NCBI RefSeq assembly: GCF_000281045.1
Contig: NW_008246087.1
Coordinates: 457,253-521,252, forward strand
DNA length: 64,000 nt
Origin: Saprolegnia diclina VS20
Lineage: Eukaryota
Reading direction: 5' to 3'
Below the pieces are notes generated by a model that was not told the origin of the DNA, did not search any database, and saw only the letters and a list, made by a program, of their open reading frames with translations. Positions 11,853-22,869 of the stretch are shown piece by piece. A program made the position numbers and the translations under genes. The stretch's first letter is position 1; each line of letters starts with the position of its first letter.

Positions 11853-12287
11853 ATGGAGATCGCATCGGACGTCCGGGAGCTGCTTGTCGGCCTCAAGGAG
11901 CCCAACACGGCCGCGGAACAGCAGGTGTTCCTCGAGATCCAGGCCATGCACATGACGTACTGCGAGTTTATGACCAAGCTCTCGGCGCAAGTCGCCGACC
12001 TCGCGCTCGGCTCGTCACCGGAAGCGCGCGTCTTCTTTTACCAGCTCCAGCGCGCTATTTATCAAGACTGGACCTCGACGATCACAGAGTGTGCGTTCTT
12101 CTCGTCGCCCAACTCGCCGTCAACGCTGCAGCGGAAGCTCGACTTGTACGAAGGTGTGGCGCGCGACTGCATGGGCTCGGAGGACCTCTGCAAGTGCGCG
12201 TGCGCGTCGTCGCTCGAGGCCAACGCGAACCTCTCGATAGAGCAGTGCATCGGCCTCTACGAGGCCCACCGGGCGCACTCGCATTAG
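11853..12287 (+). CDS. Hypothetical 144-aa intronless protein with C-terminal Cys cluster
   Basis: ATG at 11853 to TAG at 12287, strong GC3 bias against AT-richer flanks. No recognisable family. Confidence 0.65.
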   Translation: MEIASDVRELLVGLKEPNTAAEQQVFLEIQAMHMTYCEFMTKLSAQVADLALGSSPEARVFFYQLQRAIYQDWTSTITECAFFSSPNSPSTLQRKLDLYEGVARDCMGSEDLCKCACASSLEANANLSIEQCIGLYEAHRAHSH

Positions 12288-12555
12288 GAGTGCCACCACC
12301 ATGATTAGGTTAGAAAAAACTCGTTTTAAAATATTGTAATAGCGCGCCGTGGGTAGTTTGTCGTTTCGAGTTTGTCGCTGCGCGTCTACCCACTACATGC
12401 TGGCACTGCATCGACTGTCTCTGCGTCGTCCTCCGGCATGGGTGCTGGGATATGATGGCGAGTTGCAGTGGCGACGGAGTTGCGACGCGTGAGACATATT
12501 GAGCATTTTCCGTGTTAAACCACCTAAGTTTGGTCCTATATTACGCAGTTGCCGC

Positions 12556-13842
12556 TTACTCGATGATCTTGGAGACGACGCCGGCGCCGATCGTGCGGCC
12601 ACCTTCGCGGATCGAAAACTTCATGCCTTCGTCAATGGCGACGGGGTGGATGAGCTCGATGCGAAGCGTCGGGTTGTCGCCGGGCATGACCATCTCGGTG
12701 CCTTCCGGGAGCATAATGTTGCCCGTGATATCGGCCGTGCGGAAGAAGAACTGCGGGCGGTAGTTGGTGAAGAACGGCGTGTGGCGGCCGCCCTCTTCCT
12801 TCTTGAGGACGTACACACCGGCCTCGACCTTGGTGTGCGGCGAGATCGAACCGGGCTTGCAAAGCACCTGGCCGCGCAAGACGTCGTCGCGCTTCAAGCC
12901 ACGGAGAAGCACACCGACGTTGTCGCCGGCCTGGCCGCGGTCAAGCGACTTGCGGAACATCTCAACACCCGTGCACGTCGTCTTCGTGGGCACGTCGCGG
13001 ATACCGACAAGCTCGACTTCATCACCCGTGTTGATGACACCCGTCTCGACACGGCCCGACACGACCGTACCACGGCCCGAGATCGAAAACACATCTTCGA
13101 CCGGGAGCAGGAACGGCTTCTCAAAGTCACGCGTCGGGTCCGGGATGTATTCATCGACCTGGTTCATGAGCTCAATGACAGCGTCACGGCCGAGGTTGTG
13201 GTCACGGCCTTCGACGGCGGCGAGGGCCGAACCGCGGACGATCGGGATGTCGTCGCCGGGGAAGTCATAGACGTCGAGGAGCTCACGGATTTCCATCTCG
13301 ACCAATTCGAGGAGTTCCTCATCATCGACCATGTCGACCTAGTTTGGATCGCACCATCAGTGCCTGTGCCATGATGGGATGATGCAGCGTACCTTGTTCA
13401 GGAAGACGACAAGGGCGGGGACACCGACCTGGCGGGCCAAGAGGATGTGCTCGCGCGTCTGGGGCATCGGGCCATCTGTGGCCGAGACGACCAAGATGCC
13501 GCCGTCCATCTGCGCAGCGCCCGTGATCATGTTCTTGACGTAATCAGCGTGGCCGGGGCAGTCGACGTGGGCGTAGTGGCGCTTTTCCGTCTCGTACTCG
13601 ACGTGCGAGGTCGAGATCGTGATACCACGAGCGCGCTCCTCGGGGGCCTTGTCGATATCTTCGAAGGCAATGAACTTGCCACCGCCCTGCTCCGAGAGGA
13701 CACGCGTGATGGCCGCCGTGAGCGTCGTCTTGCCGTGATCGACGTGACCGATCGTGCCCACGTTAAGATGGGGCTTGGTGCGGTCGAACGTGGCCATGCC
13801 ACGGACGGACGACGGGATGCGACGGGCGAGTTGGCGCAACAT
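12556..13842 (-). CDS. tufM: Mitochondrial elongation factor Tu (nuclear-encoded)
   Basis: [33 protein letters not shown]. Arg-rich transit peptide [16 protein letters not shown]. One 54-nt intron (13339-13392). Confidence 0.97.
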
Positions 13843-15260
13843 GAGCTCAAGCGAATTCGAGAATCTCAAAGTGGCCGCGACTGCAGCCCCAGTATACACA
13901 GCCTCGTAACCACTGGTTGGGCCCGATCCATCCGCATATAGTGTTACAAATTGCATTATAGTGTCAGATGTAACCTTTGCGCGCGGCCTCGCCGGGCACG
14001 CCTGCACGAGCGACACCCGACGTGGCGTGGCCTGCCGCACGATCACGTCCTACACCCCGTGCACTGGTACATACTGGCCATGCCACCGCGGTCACATTGC
14101 ATTTACGCAATCTGACCTGGGCCTGGTCCGTAACCTTCGGGAGCGTTCTTTCCACCTCGAAACGTAACTGGGTGTCGCTTGCGTGGGCCACAACGAGCGT
14201 TTGCAAAGCAACGTGCAGATCGACACCCAACGCGTGCCTGCAGAGTGATCGGGACAGCGACAGCCCACACCGCTGTGGCGGACGCAGCGTCCTACGACAC
14301 ACACTATTTGACATTGAAAGCTACGGTGGGTGCCCATTCTTCACACTATTTACGACATTCCCCCAATTCGTTGCAAAGACGTGGCTTCAACCTGCGCTTT
14401 GTCGCGGCATCTCCCTTTTTTATTCCAAAATACCCTAAAAAGTGCAGTTTTAAACAAAATAACCCTATAATGTCAATAGAAATCCCGTAATGGCAATCTA
14501 TGCACCCGGCTGTCCGATACAAGCCGTATGTCGCATCCACGTCCAAGAGATGTGGCGCGGCAAGGTGCATCAAAAGATAAGGGTTTCGGACCCTGTTTTT
14601 GTCCGAGACGAGACATTTTGTCATTGGTGGGGTTGGGAGGGATTTGCTCGAGATGGATTCCGGCAGCACCAGCTGGAGGGCAACCCTCGGAGCAGGATCA
14701 GCTGCGCCGCGGCCAAGCGCTTCCTTGCGCAAGTACCCGAGCTCGACACCTTGCAATATCCGTGCCCATCGCGCTGACCACGGAGCTTCTTTCTGAGCTT
14801 CTGCAATGCAAAACTTGGTCTGAGCTACTCAGTAGCTGCAGGGTTCTCAATCGCAGAGTTGGTTGACGCGTCAAATCCAGAACGGCGCCCGAATCAGTCG
14901 CCGGATCGTCGGGGGCCTTCGCTGGCCCGGACGACCACGGCAATTCGTACATAGCCATGCGTTTGTCTCTCGTTGGCGGTGTGCATCAGAACCGTAGCTT
15001 CATATCAAGCATGGCGTAGCGCCATGTCATTTGACACGCATAAATTGGGTCATCCTCTGCACACCGACTAAGAAACACTCGCGAGCACTGTTCTAGTCGA
15101 TACGACTGCTGTCTACTCCATCTACTAACAGTGCTGACGATGCGACGACGACGGACTCTGCCTCTCTGACGTGGCCCTTCGCGAAATGACAAGTGGATTC
15201 CAAATGTCGTATCCGGTCATCCGGATACGATGGCAGCACTGGTCGCGGGGGCGGGGCTGG

Positions 15261-15324
15261 CGCCAAATCGCGGGAAAACGACAAAAAGCCGCCAAATCGC
15301 GGGAAAACGACAAGAGGCGCCAAA
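15261..15324. repeat. Direct repeat, 29-bp period (cgccaaatcgcgggaaaacgacaa x2 plus partial third copy)
   Basis: Identical 24-mers at 15261-15284 and 15290-15313, then cgccaaa at 15318. Confidence 0.85.
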
Positions 15325-15385
15325 CGAAACCCGACACGAAGGTGACAGAAGACAATATTGTGTCCTTAGAACAGTTTAAATTACG

Positions 15386-18006
15386 TCATACACACATGGA
15401 CGGAAGGAGCTCGTCCAGCGTCGTTACGATCTCGGTTGCCGTCGGCCGGAGCGCTGGGCTGTGGGCAATGCACGCGAGCACGAGCGTCTCGAGCCAAGGT
15501 GGGCAGTCAGAGGACAATGTGGGTGCGATTTTGCCTTGCATGACCTACAGCCAGCCATAAGATCCGAGTCGACTGTACTAGAACGACCTTGTACATGATG
15601 GCAAAGTTGCCCAGTGGCTCGCCACGCGCGTTGGTAAAGTCGGCGTATGGCATCGCATGCGTCTCGAGCTCGGCCAAGACCTACAGCCATCCATAGTACG
15701 AATAGACGAATGAGGACTCGGACCATGCCAAACGAGTAAATGTCGGCTTTGGTGTCGTAGTGCTTGCCTTTGAGCACCTCGGGGGCCGTCCAGCGGTACG
15801 TGCCGACAGCGTTGGTCATGCTTTCGTCCGTGACGTGCCGAGCGATGCCAAAGTCGGCGAGCTTGGCGTGGGCGTGCGCATCCGTCAAGAGTACATTGCG
15901 CGACTTCAAATCCCGGTGAATCACCTAATTAATCAACCCAATTCATGAACCAAACTCTGGAGTCATTGGTTTCACCTCAGTGGCGTGGAGGTACACGAGT
16001 CCTCGCGCGATTTCCAAAGCAAATTGCGCTTTTTGCGACCAAGCGACGCTGTTGCGGGCGCGACTGTAGAGAAACGCTTGTAGATCCCCGCCCGCCATGT
16101 ACTCCATCACGCAGCGCACATCGCCTGTCGCATCCCAAAAGACGCCGACGAGGCCAACGAGATGCGGGCTGCACAGCCTAGTACCGCAGGTGTGAGGCAA
16201 TGATGTCGGCAGGAGCACCATCACAACCTTGTCATGAGTTCGATCTCGTCGAGGAGGGTCTCCATGTACTCGGCCGATTGCTTCTCGCTCCGGAGCTGCT
16301 TGACGGCAACGAGTATCGACTCCTTGTATGTCGCGAGTCGCACTCGCCCAAACGAGCCTTGGCCCAGCACAGTGTCGAGGAAGCGTACGTCCTGCGGCTC
16401 GAGGCGGAAGTGCTGCAATTGGTCCGACGTCCACGGGGTGCTCAGCAAGTCAAAGTCATCGTCCGTGCGCGGCGACTTGACGGCTTGTGTGCGGCGGCGG
16501 CGGTACCAAACAGCATAGAGACAGAGCGCAGAGAGAAGGGCGACCGCAGCCGCGACGATGCCTGCGATGGCACCCGCGCCAAGGCTCGAGCCAATCTCAT
16601 CGACGCGGTCGCCTCCTACATTCCATTTTAGGGTCCGCCGAAGCGCGTCGAGCGTACCGAGGACGCAGATCTGGAGCGGGGCGGGCAGCAATGACGTGGC
16701 ATTCGCATACGCTGCCACGTGTCCAAGCGTTTCACAGCCCCACCCCAAAGCGAGCGACGACAGGTTGGCGCCGACGACGATGCGAGCTTGCTCGAGCTCG
16801 TGGTAGGCGCCAACGTCACTCGAGAACGACACCAACGGCGTGTTTTGGAGGTACCTAGTCAAAGATGGGGGTATGACGCGCACTTGTCATCGCAATGGCA
16901 TACATGTAGCGCAGGCGCGTCGTATTGTCACTAGACAAGGTCGTGGGTTACAACTCAGAACGGCGAGGTACGCTTGGTACTTGTTGGGGGAGATGGTCAC
17001 GTCGAGCGACGTCAAGTACGGGTTGTTGGAAAAATCCCTACCAAACCGCTGAGCCATACGAACTCGACGAGGCGTACAGCGTACAAGATGGACGCTTCGG
17101 TGAGGTCCATGGCCTGGAGCTGCTGCAGGCGGTTGTAGGACATGTTGCTACATCTCGGCTCAAGCCCTTTGCTGTGCAAAACGTCGTACAGTGTTTGCAC
17201 AAACGGTAGGTTCACAAATGTTTCGATCAAGTTGAGCGAGAGGTCCCTAGCGCAAAAAGAATAAGATGGCAATAAGCAGGAGGTGACGACGACGCACAAG
17301 TAGACAAGACTGTCGGGCCACGCCATGGGCGTCGTGGACGTTGCGTCCGCGAACGAGAGCAGGCCATTGTTGCGCAGCGAACTACACGCGCGTCAGAAGA
17401 TGCCAAGCAGCACAGCAGCAGCATACATGTGCGTGAGGTTGGGCGGCCAGAACGCGTCGCGCTCGTTGATGAGCCGCGGCCAGTTGTTGTCGAGGACGTA
17501 CGAATTCTCAAACGTCCTACTCGACGGTCAGGCGTGCGAGGTCGACGACAACAGCGACGCACAGGTTTTTGAGAGACCGGGGCAGGTACAGGCCCGAGAC
17601 GTTGAAGATAGCGTCCTGGATCGACCTACAGCGGAACCGTCACGTGCTTTGTCACTCGCATGCGAGCAGCGTCATACAAGGACTCGACATTCGCAGTGAG
17701 GGTCGCCACTGTCGACGCGTTTTGGCCTGGCAGCCGCATACCAACCTGCGTGATGCCGTTGCTTCGAAAAGACCTAGGCGGAGGCATGAGGCGCGACGAC
17801 AAGGAGCGTCGAGCGGACAGGCGTGGCGTGTCGGGCAGGTCGTGGATGACATCGATGGTGTCGGTGATGCCGCCGGTATAGTTGTAGGTGGCCGGGTACG
17901 CTGTTCGCACAGCGCAGGCTTCGTTGACGACGCAGCAGCCTGGCGCCTTGCAGTACGCAGCGACGCACGTGAACGTCGCGTTGTAGGCGGCAAACGGGCA
18001 GGCCAT
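15386..18006 (-). CDS. LRR receptor-like kinase (TKL), paralog 1, many short exons
   Basis: N-terminal Cys cap MACPFAAYNATFTC..CCVVNEAC; LRR exons (DLSLNLIETF, DFSNNPYL); TM AIAGIVAAAVALLSALCLYAVW; kinase motifs GQGSFG, VAVK, HRDLKSRN, DFG, GTYRWTAPE. Confidence 0.85.
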
Positions 18007-18297
18007 GCGCAAGGAACTGGTGAATTCACCGAGTGGCCGATCGAATTCGCGTATCAAGTACTGCGTACGTCGCGTGTCAAACACTCTATTTACAAAAACT
18101 CTGATTCGCTTCGACGAGCATCTGTGCCATGTACTGGATAAGCGAATATATACCAGCAAGCCATCAGTAGAAGCACAGGAAGCAGTTGACCATAGAGCCG
18201 TGAGCCATTGTGTCATTCATGGCTACGTCTTAGGCTGGCTACGGTATGTAATGGCTCGTGGGTAACCTCACTCACACTGGTCGTCTGCCTCATGTCC

Positions 18298-19323
18298 TCA
18301 TGGCTTGAGCTGACAACGAAAGCGGCGCATGCGAGGGTAGCGGCGCCGGAGGGCCTTGAGCATCGAGGCGTAGCTGTCGCTGATCGTCAACATCTCATCT
18401 TCGTGAAGCTCGGCGCGGTCGCTGAGAACCTTCTGGAGACGCACGAGCGTCGGTACGAAGGTGCTCAAGCGCCACGGGTGCAGCGAGAGCTCAGCGTGCA
18501 GTGCCGCAAGCGTCTCGATCCATGTGCCGAGGTCCTGAGCATCCGCAGTGTCGGTGGTCGCCGCATGCATATCTTGAAAGGACGTGATGACAGACTTGAC
18601 GACAAGGAGGACACGACTGGTGAGCTTCCAGACGCGCTTGGCCTTTGTGGCGTCATCAGGGACCTCGAGCTGGGCTTGCGTCGAGTCGTCTTCGTGGTCG
18701 TCGTTGGAGAGACAGTGCGCTGGCTGCGCGGTGAGAGTGTCGACGGGGGCGGTTGGCGCATCTGGCGTACCGGCGTGGAAGGAGCCCATGGGCAGACCGC
18801 CGAGGTACAGGCAGCATGGGTCGTGCGTCCCAAAGGTAATCATTCGCTTGCGCGGGGCACTGTGCTGCGGGTCGGCCACTGAGCGCGGAAACGCTGGGTA
18901 CGACACGTAGCGACTACCTGCGCCAAAGCCGACCGCGGGTTCGTACAAGGGACACGGCTCGAGTGTGCCAAAGGTGACCGTGGGTGCGAGACAGGGCATG
19001 TTGCCGTCGGCTTGGGCCGACGGAGACGAGCCATCCTGCTCGAGGCCGACGAAAGGGTCGTGCAGGTGGCACGGTGCAAGCGTACCGAAGGTGATCGTCG
19101 GGGGGTCGACAGTGGCGCTCGAGTCGCCAAGCACGACAAAGTACCGGGTCGCTGTCGCTAAGCAGCTAGCGCTGTCGCGGCTCATGCAGATCGGCATGTC
19201 AAGCGGATAGCACGGATCTTGCGTGCCAAACATGAGCGTCGCCACGCTGCCCGCATGTGGGATCGTCGTCTCGGCTAGGAGGAAGAAGCGCTGGGCCATC
19301 GGCGTAAAGTTGTCCAAGCGCAT
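18298..19323 (-). CDS. Hypothetical intronless protein with four FGT-x-x-PC repeats and a helical C-terminal domain
   Basis: 341-aa ATG-started ORF with coding-like codon usage. Repeats MFGTQDPC, ITFGTLAPC, VTFGTLEPC, ITFGTHDPC. Confidence 0.65.
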   Translation of the reverse strand: MRLDNFTPMAQRFFLLAETTIPHAGSVATLMFGTQDPCYPLDMPICMSRDSASCLATATRYFVVLGDSSATVDPPTITFGTLAPCHLHDPFVGLEQDGSSPSAQADGNMPCLAPTVTFGTLEPCPLYEPAVGFGAGSRYVSYPAFPRSVADPQHSAPRKRMITFGTHDPCCLYLGGLPMGSFHAGTPDAPTAPVDTLTAQPAHCLSNDDHEDDSTQAQLEVPDDATKAKRVWKLTSRVLLVVKSVITSFQDMHAATTDTADAQDLGTWIETLAALHAELSLHPWRLSTFVPTLVRLQKVLSDRAELHEDEMLTISDSYASMLKALRRRYPRMRRFRCQLKP

Positions 19324-20432
19324 GCTGTTCGTGCAGCTACTGAGCTCGCTGTTGCTGCTATCTCCAGAGCCGGCAGATTCTACAATGAGCCGAAAAGAAC
19401 AGGCCTTGAACCTCCCAACCAGGACCCTGCGCTCTCCTTCTCGCGGCTCGCCCGGCTCTGCCGCCTGATGTCGTCGAGGCTACGTCCGAGCAGCAAGAGC
19501 GTCGCGGCCCCGGTCGTCTCCTGCTCGGCGCCATCACCACGGTTGCCTGTCGCGTCCGGTGCACGTGCGTCGGGTGCACGATGGCCCAAGATATATATTT
19601 TAAAGAGCCATAAGAAGCAAGCGTATGTTATATAACATATCAAGCGCCAAACACAGCCTGCTGGACCAATCGACCAAGCTCGCACTGTTATGGCTGCATA
19701 ACTCGTGTACGAGTACTTGGCAACCTTGCGCATCGAGCTACATGCATGCGCCTTGTCTTGCCAACACGGTCCGAGAGCCCAAAATGGCGGTCCCTCGGCG
19801 AAAATATGGCGTCGTTTCGACTGTGCAAAATCCGGATAAAACCGGCAAAGTTTATTTCTGCGCCAGTTATCCCTGACGAAACGTCGCCTAAAAAGGGGAT
19901 GAAACATTGGTCAACATCCACACTGTTGCGCACGACCAATGTCACGCAGCAAAGTTGGGCCAACGACTCGAAGCCGCAGCTACCGCGTGCGGCGCCACCG
20001 GCTCGGCTTGTATGTTTGCGTCACCTCGATGCTCAATGTCTCGTCTTTGGTACAGTACGCGCACGGTTTCATTTAGATTGACGACCCTTGCGTGTAGCCG
20101 CTAGCAGCCTACATCTCGGAGCATTTCCCGTGGCAAGGCTACTCTACGCCGCCCGAGACGTTTGCCAACTACAGCGACTTTAACACTGCGTTTCTCGCCC
20201 TCAACCAAAAACGCTACTCCAACACCACGCTGCCCGTGGGCACGACGTTCCTCATGGACGACGCCCAGAACGCCCAAGTCGCCCGCACCAAACTCACGAC
20301 GCATTCGCAGCCAATGAGCTTGGATGGTTGCTTCGCGAGCTCGCTCATGGGACTCCCAGGACTTGTCTTTTACACGAGCGCCAACATGCAAAGCATCTGC
20401 GCGGCGCTCAACAATGTGTCACGCATCCCAAT

Positions 20433-21504
20433 AGTGGGGTTCAAATTGTATGTAGGTTCTTGTAGGAGTATATGTAGGAAAAATAACGCCACGTGATTGG
20501 CCAAAATGGCCGTGAATTTCGAGGTTTCCTACAAGTCGTCAGAGGCTTTGTATCTTCGAACTACGACGATTTCTACATATAAGAGCCAGTTCTTTCATAT
20601 ACCTCCGAGGCTATATGAAAGAACTGGCTCTTATATGTAGGAAAAAAGAGTTGGCTTGTAGGAACAAAAGGCAACATCTGGAGCAAAAAGAGGATCTTTC
20701 ATTCGTCGTCTGCACGTTAGATATGCCTGGGAGCCGAAGGACGAGATCGACCTCTTCGATCGGATAACCCGCATCTAGAACCTCCTTGCGTGCCAAAGCG
20801 AGCTGCTTCGCTATCTCAATGTTCTTGAGGCGTAGGTCGGCCTCGAGAAGCGATGTTTCCATCGCCATCTTCGACTTCTCCAAATCGAATCGACTCTCGT
20901 CTAGCTCGACTCGACGCATGTCGACCTCTGCGCGGCGTTGCTCGCCAGCCGCTGGGTTTCCAACCAAGCTGCTCAAAGACGCAAACGCACCCTTCGAGCT
21001 GTTCTGCTTCTTGTTGGACATCGTGGGAGTGAATGGTGCCGTTTCCCGGTCGAGTCGTTGCCTTGGGTGTTCTCTGCAAGAAGAGCCGGAAAGGGGCCGC
21101 TTGCAGTAGACGCGGGAGTAGCGGTGGACGCAGCGGAGGGCCGACTACCAAACGCTGACGCCTGGTCATCGTCTGGCATCTCCGTTTCGGAGCCAGAGTC
21201 ATCGGTGTCCGAGCTACTTGAGCTGTCGGAGGTGTCGTTCGCCAAAAGCAGACGCGACGACGGTCGATCGGCTTTACAACGCTTATTGATTGGCTCGAAT
21301 CACTTGAAAGTGAGATGCGTCACAACATGCGATGGCGCGTCCCAGAAGCAACTCCTACAAGTGGGGTTCAATTTCGTTTTGGTTGTAGGAATGCGGGCTT
21401 ATCGACGTCATTTATTTCTAGGCTTCTGATTGGACAAAAAGCTCCGAATTTTCGATTCCTACATATATTCCTACAAGAAACCTACATATAATTTGAACCC
21501 CACT
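20433..21504. mobile_element. Non-autonomous TIR DNA transposon (~1.07 kb), probably PIF/Harbinger-related
   Basis: ~48-bp imperfect TIRs (agtggggttcaaattgtatgtagg... / ...cctacatataatttgaaccccact) with AAT on both flanks (a TA duplication reading is also possible). About 11 tgtagg/cctaca motifs. Internal minus-strand ORF fragment (20611-21245) with acidic Ser tract and a coiled-coil ending in LALARKEVLDAG. Confidence 0.88.
20573..20640. repeat. Perfect 29-bp inverted repeat (hairpin) with 10-nt spacer
   Basis: ctacatataagagccagttctttcatata (20573-20601) is the exact reverse complement of 20612-20640. Confidence 0.97.
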
Positions 21505-22869
21505 AATGACACAGAAAACGCATGCTTTCATCCTCGCTTGTTCACGTACGTGTATGGCCGGTCGTGTGTTTGGCTCGTGCCTGGCGACGCCATCTCGAAC
21601 CGTCCTAACAAGCTGGATAATGTTGTCACGCTCTACTTTGCCAAGACGGAGCTTCGACCCCGGGCATTCTCGTGGCTTTTGTTTGTCTATCGTCTGGGTG
21701 TGACGCTCTTTGTGTGGTACCGGCTCTACGCCCACTACTACCGCCACTGCTTGGAGCTCGAGGCGCGGCTTTGTCAATGCAGCCACCGACTCAAGATGCC
21801 ACCGGGCGATTGGTCGTACGAGATTGTGCTGGGCGACCCGATGGCCATTGTGCTTATGGACGCGTGGGTCGTGTCCCTCTACTACCTCGATATCTGGGTC
21901 AACGTCACCGACTTTGGCGTCGCTACGATGCAAATGCAGGTCAGCGACGACCTGTGGCTCATGGAGCGGTCCTTTACCTGTCGCGCACGGTACATACATC
22001 ATTGCGTCCTCCGATCCCACACGTGGTACTAGGTCTGGTTTGCGTACTGGGGTCTCTGCCTCGTCTCGCACGTGCTCAAGCGCTGGCGCAAAGAACATTG
22101 CTTTTCCGAAGTCGACTCGACACTTCTTGCGGTCGCGGTGACGGTTTGCAGTCCCATTCTTGTGTTCATGTTGGAACACATTGAGAACTGTGCCGGCTGT
22201 ACCAAAGCCTCTTCTACTGCCTCGTGTCCACGGCGCTTCTGAGCAAAGAGAGCGAAGCGGCGCTCGTTTGCGTCATCTATGCCTGGACGACGCTCAGTTT
22301 TACGTTGGTCTACGGCGACGTCGCAAGTATGTACACATGGACATTGCAACAGGCTGTTATCATGCCAGTAGGGTGTGTTCGTCGACCACTGGCCATCCCA
22401 GAGGATTGCAGCTCTGCGCGCTTCAACAGCGTCAAGAGCGCCGCCTTATTCCGCGCCGCCAAAACCTTGCGGAAGCGGCCTGCGCGCGGTGGCACCATCT
22501 ATCACGCGATGGACTTGAACGCGCAGTCCGACGATCAGTCTACGGGGCACCGACTGCTTCGTGCTTTTCTACTGCAACAGCGAGCTCGTCGAGAGGCTGC
22601 GCCTGAGCCTTCACTCGTGCGCCAACTTGAAGAGCGCGGTGATTCCACACGGCAAGGAGCCGTCCAAGTACGTCATCAACGAGTTGCGCGCGGCGATGTC
22701 TCTCGTGATCAAGGAGTGTGGTCCCGTCCTACCGACAACCAGGAAATACGAGCTGCGCACGTCGCTTGAGCCTTCTGTTTGGTGTATTTAGAATGCAGTA
22801 AAATGCCATGACTTGAAATGACACGGGAAATCCAACGAATGGTATCGTTGATACTGTAGGTTTGACAAG

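Larger units (their letters stand above)
19939..22791 (+). pseudogene. Unknown multi-pass membrane protein family, copy A, disrupted
   Basis: Homologous to copies at 25352-27053 and 27409-28980 (YYRHCLELEARL, WSYEIVLGDP, WFAYWG, RGGT.Y.AMDLN). Interrupted by the TIR element at 20433-21504; frameshift near 21965 and a small deletion near 22525. Confidence 0.85.

Noticed and set aside
12556..13842. EF-Tu as bacterial contamination or horizontal transfer
   Set aside because: It has a spliceosomal intron and a mitochondrial transit peptide.
14300..15200. Possible MITE (tacgg...ccgta) and short ORFs at 14490-14958
   Set aside because: The inverted match is only about 10 bp and the ORFs lack motifs.
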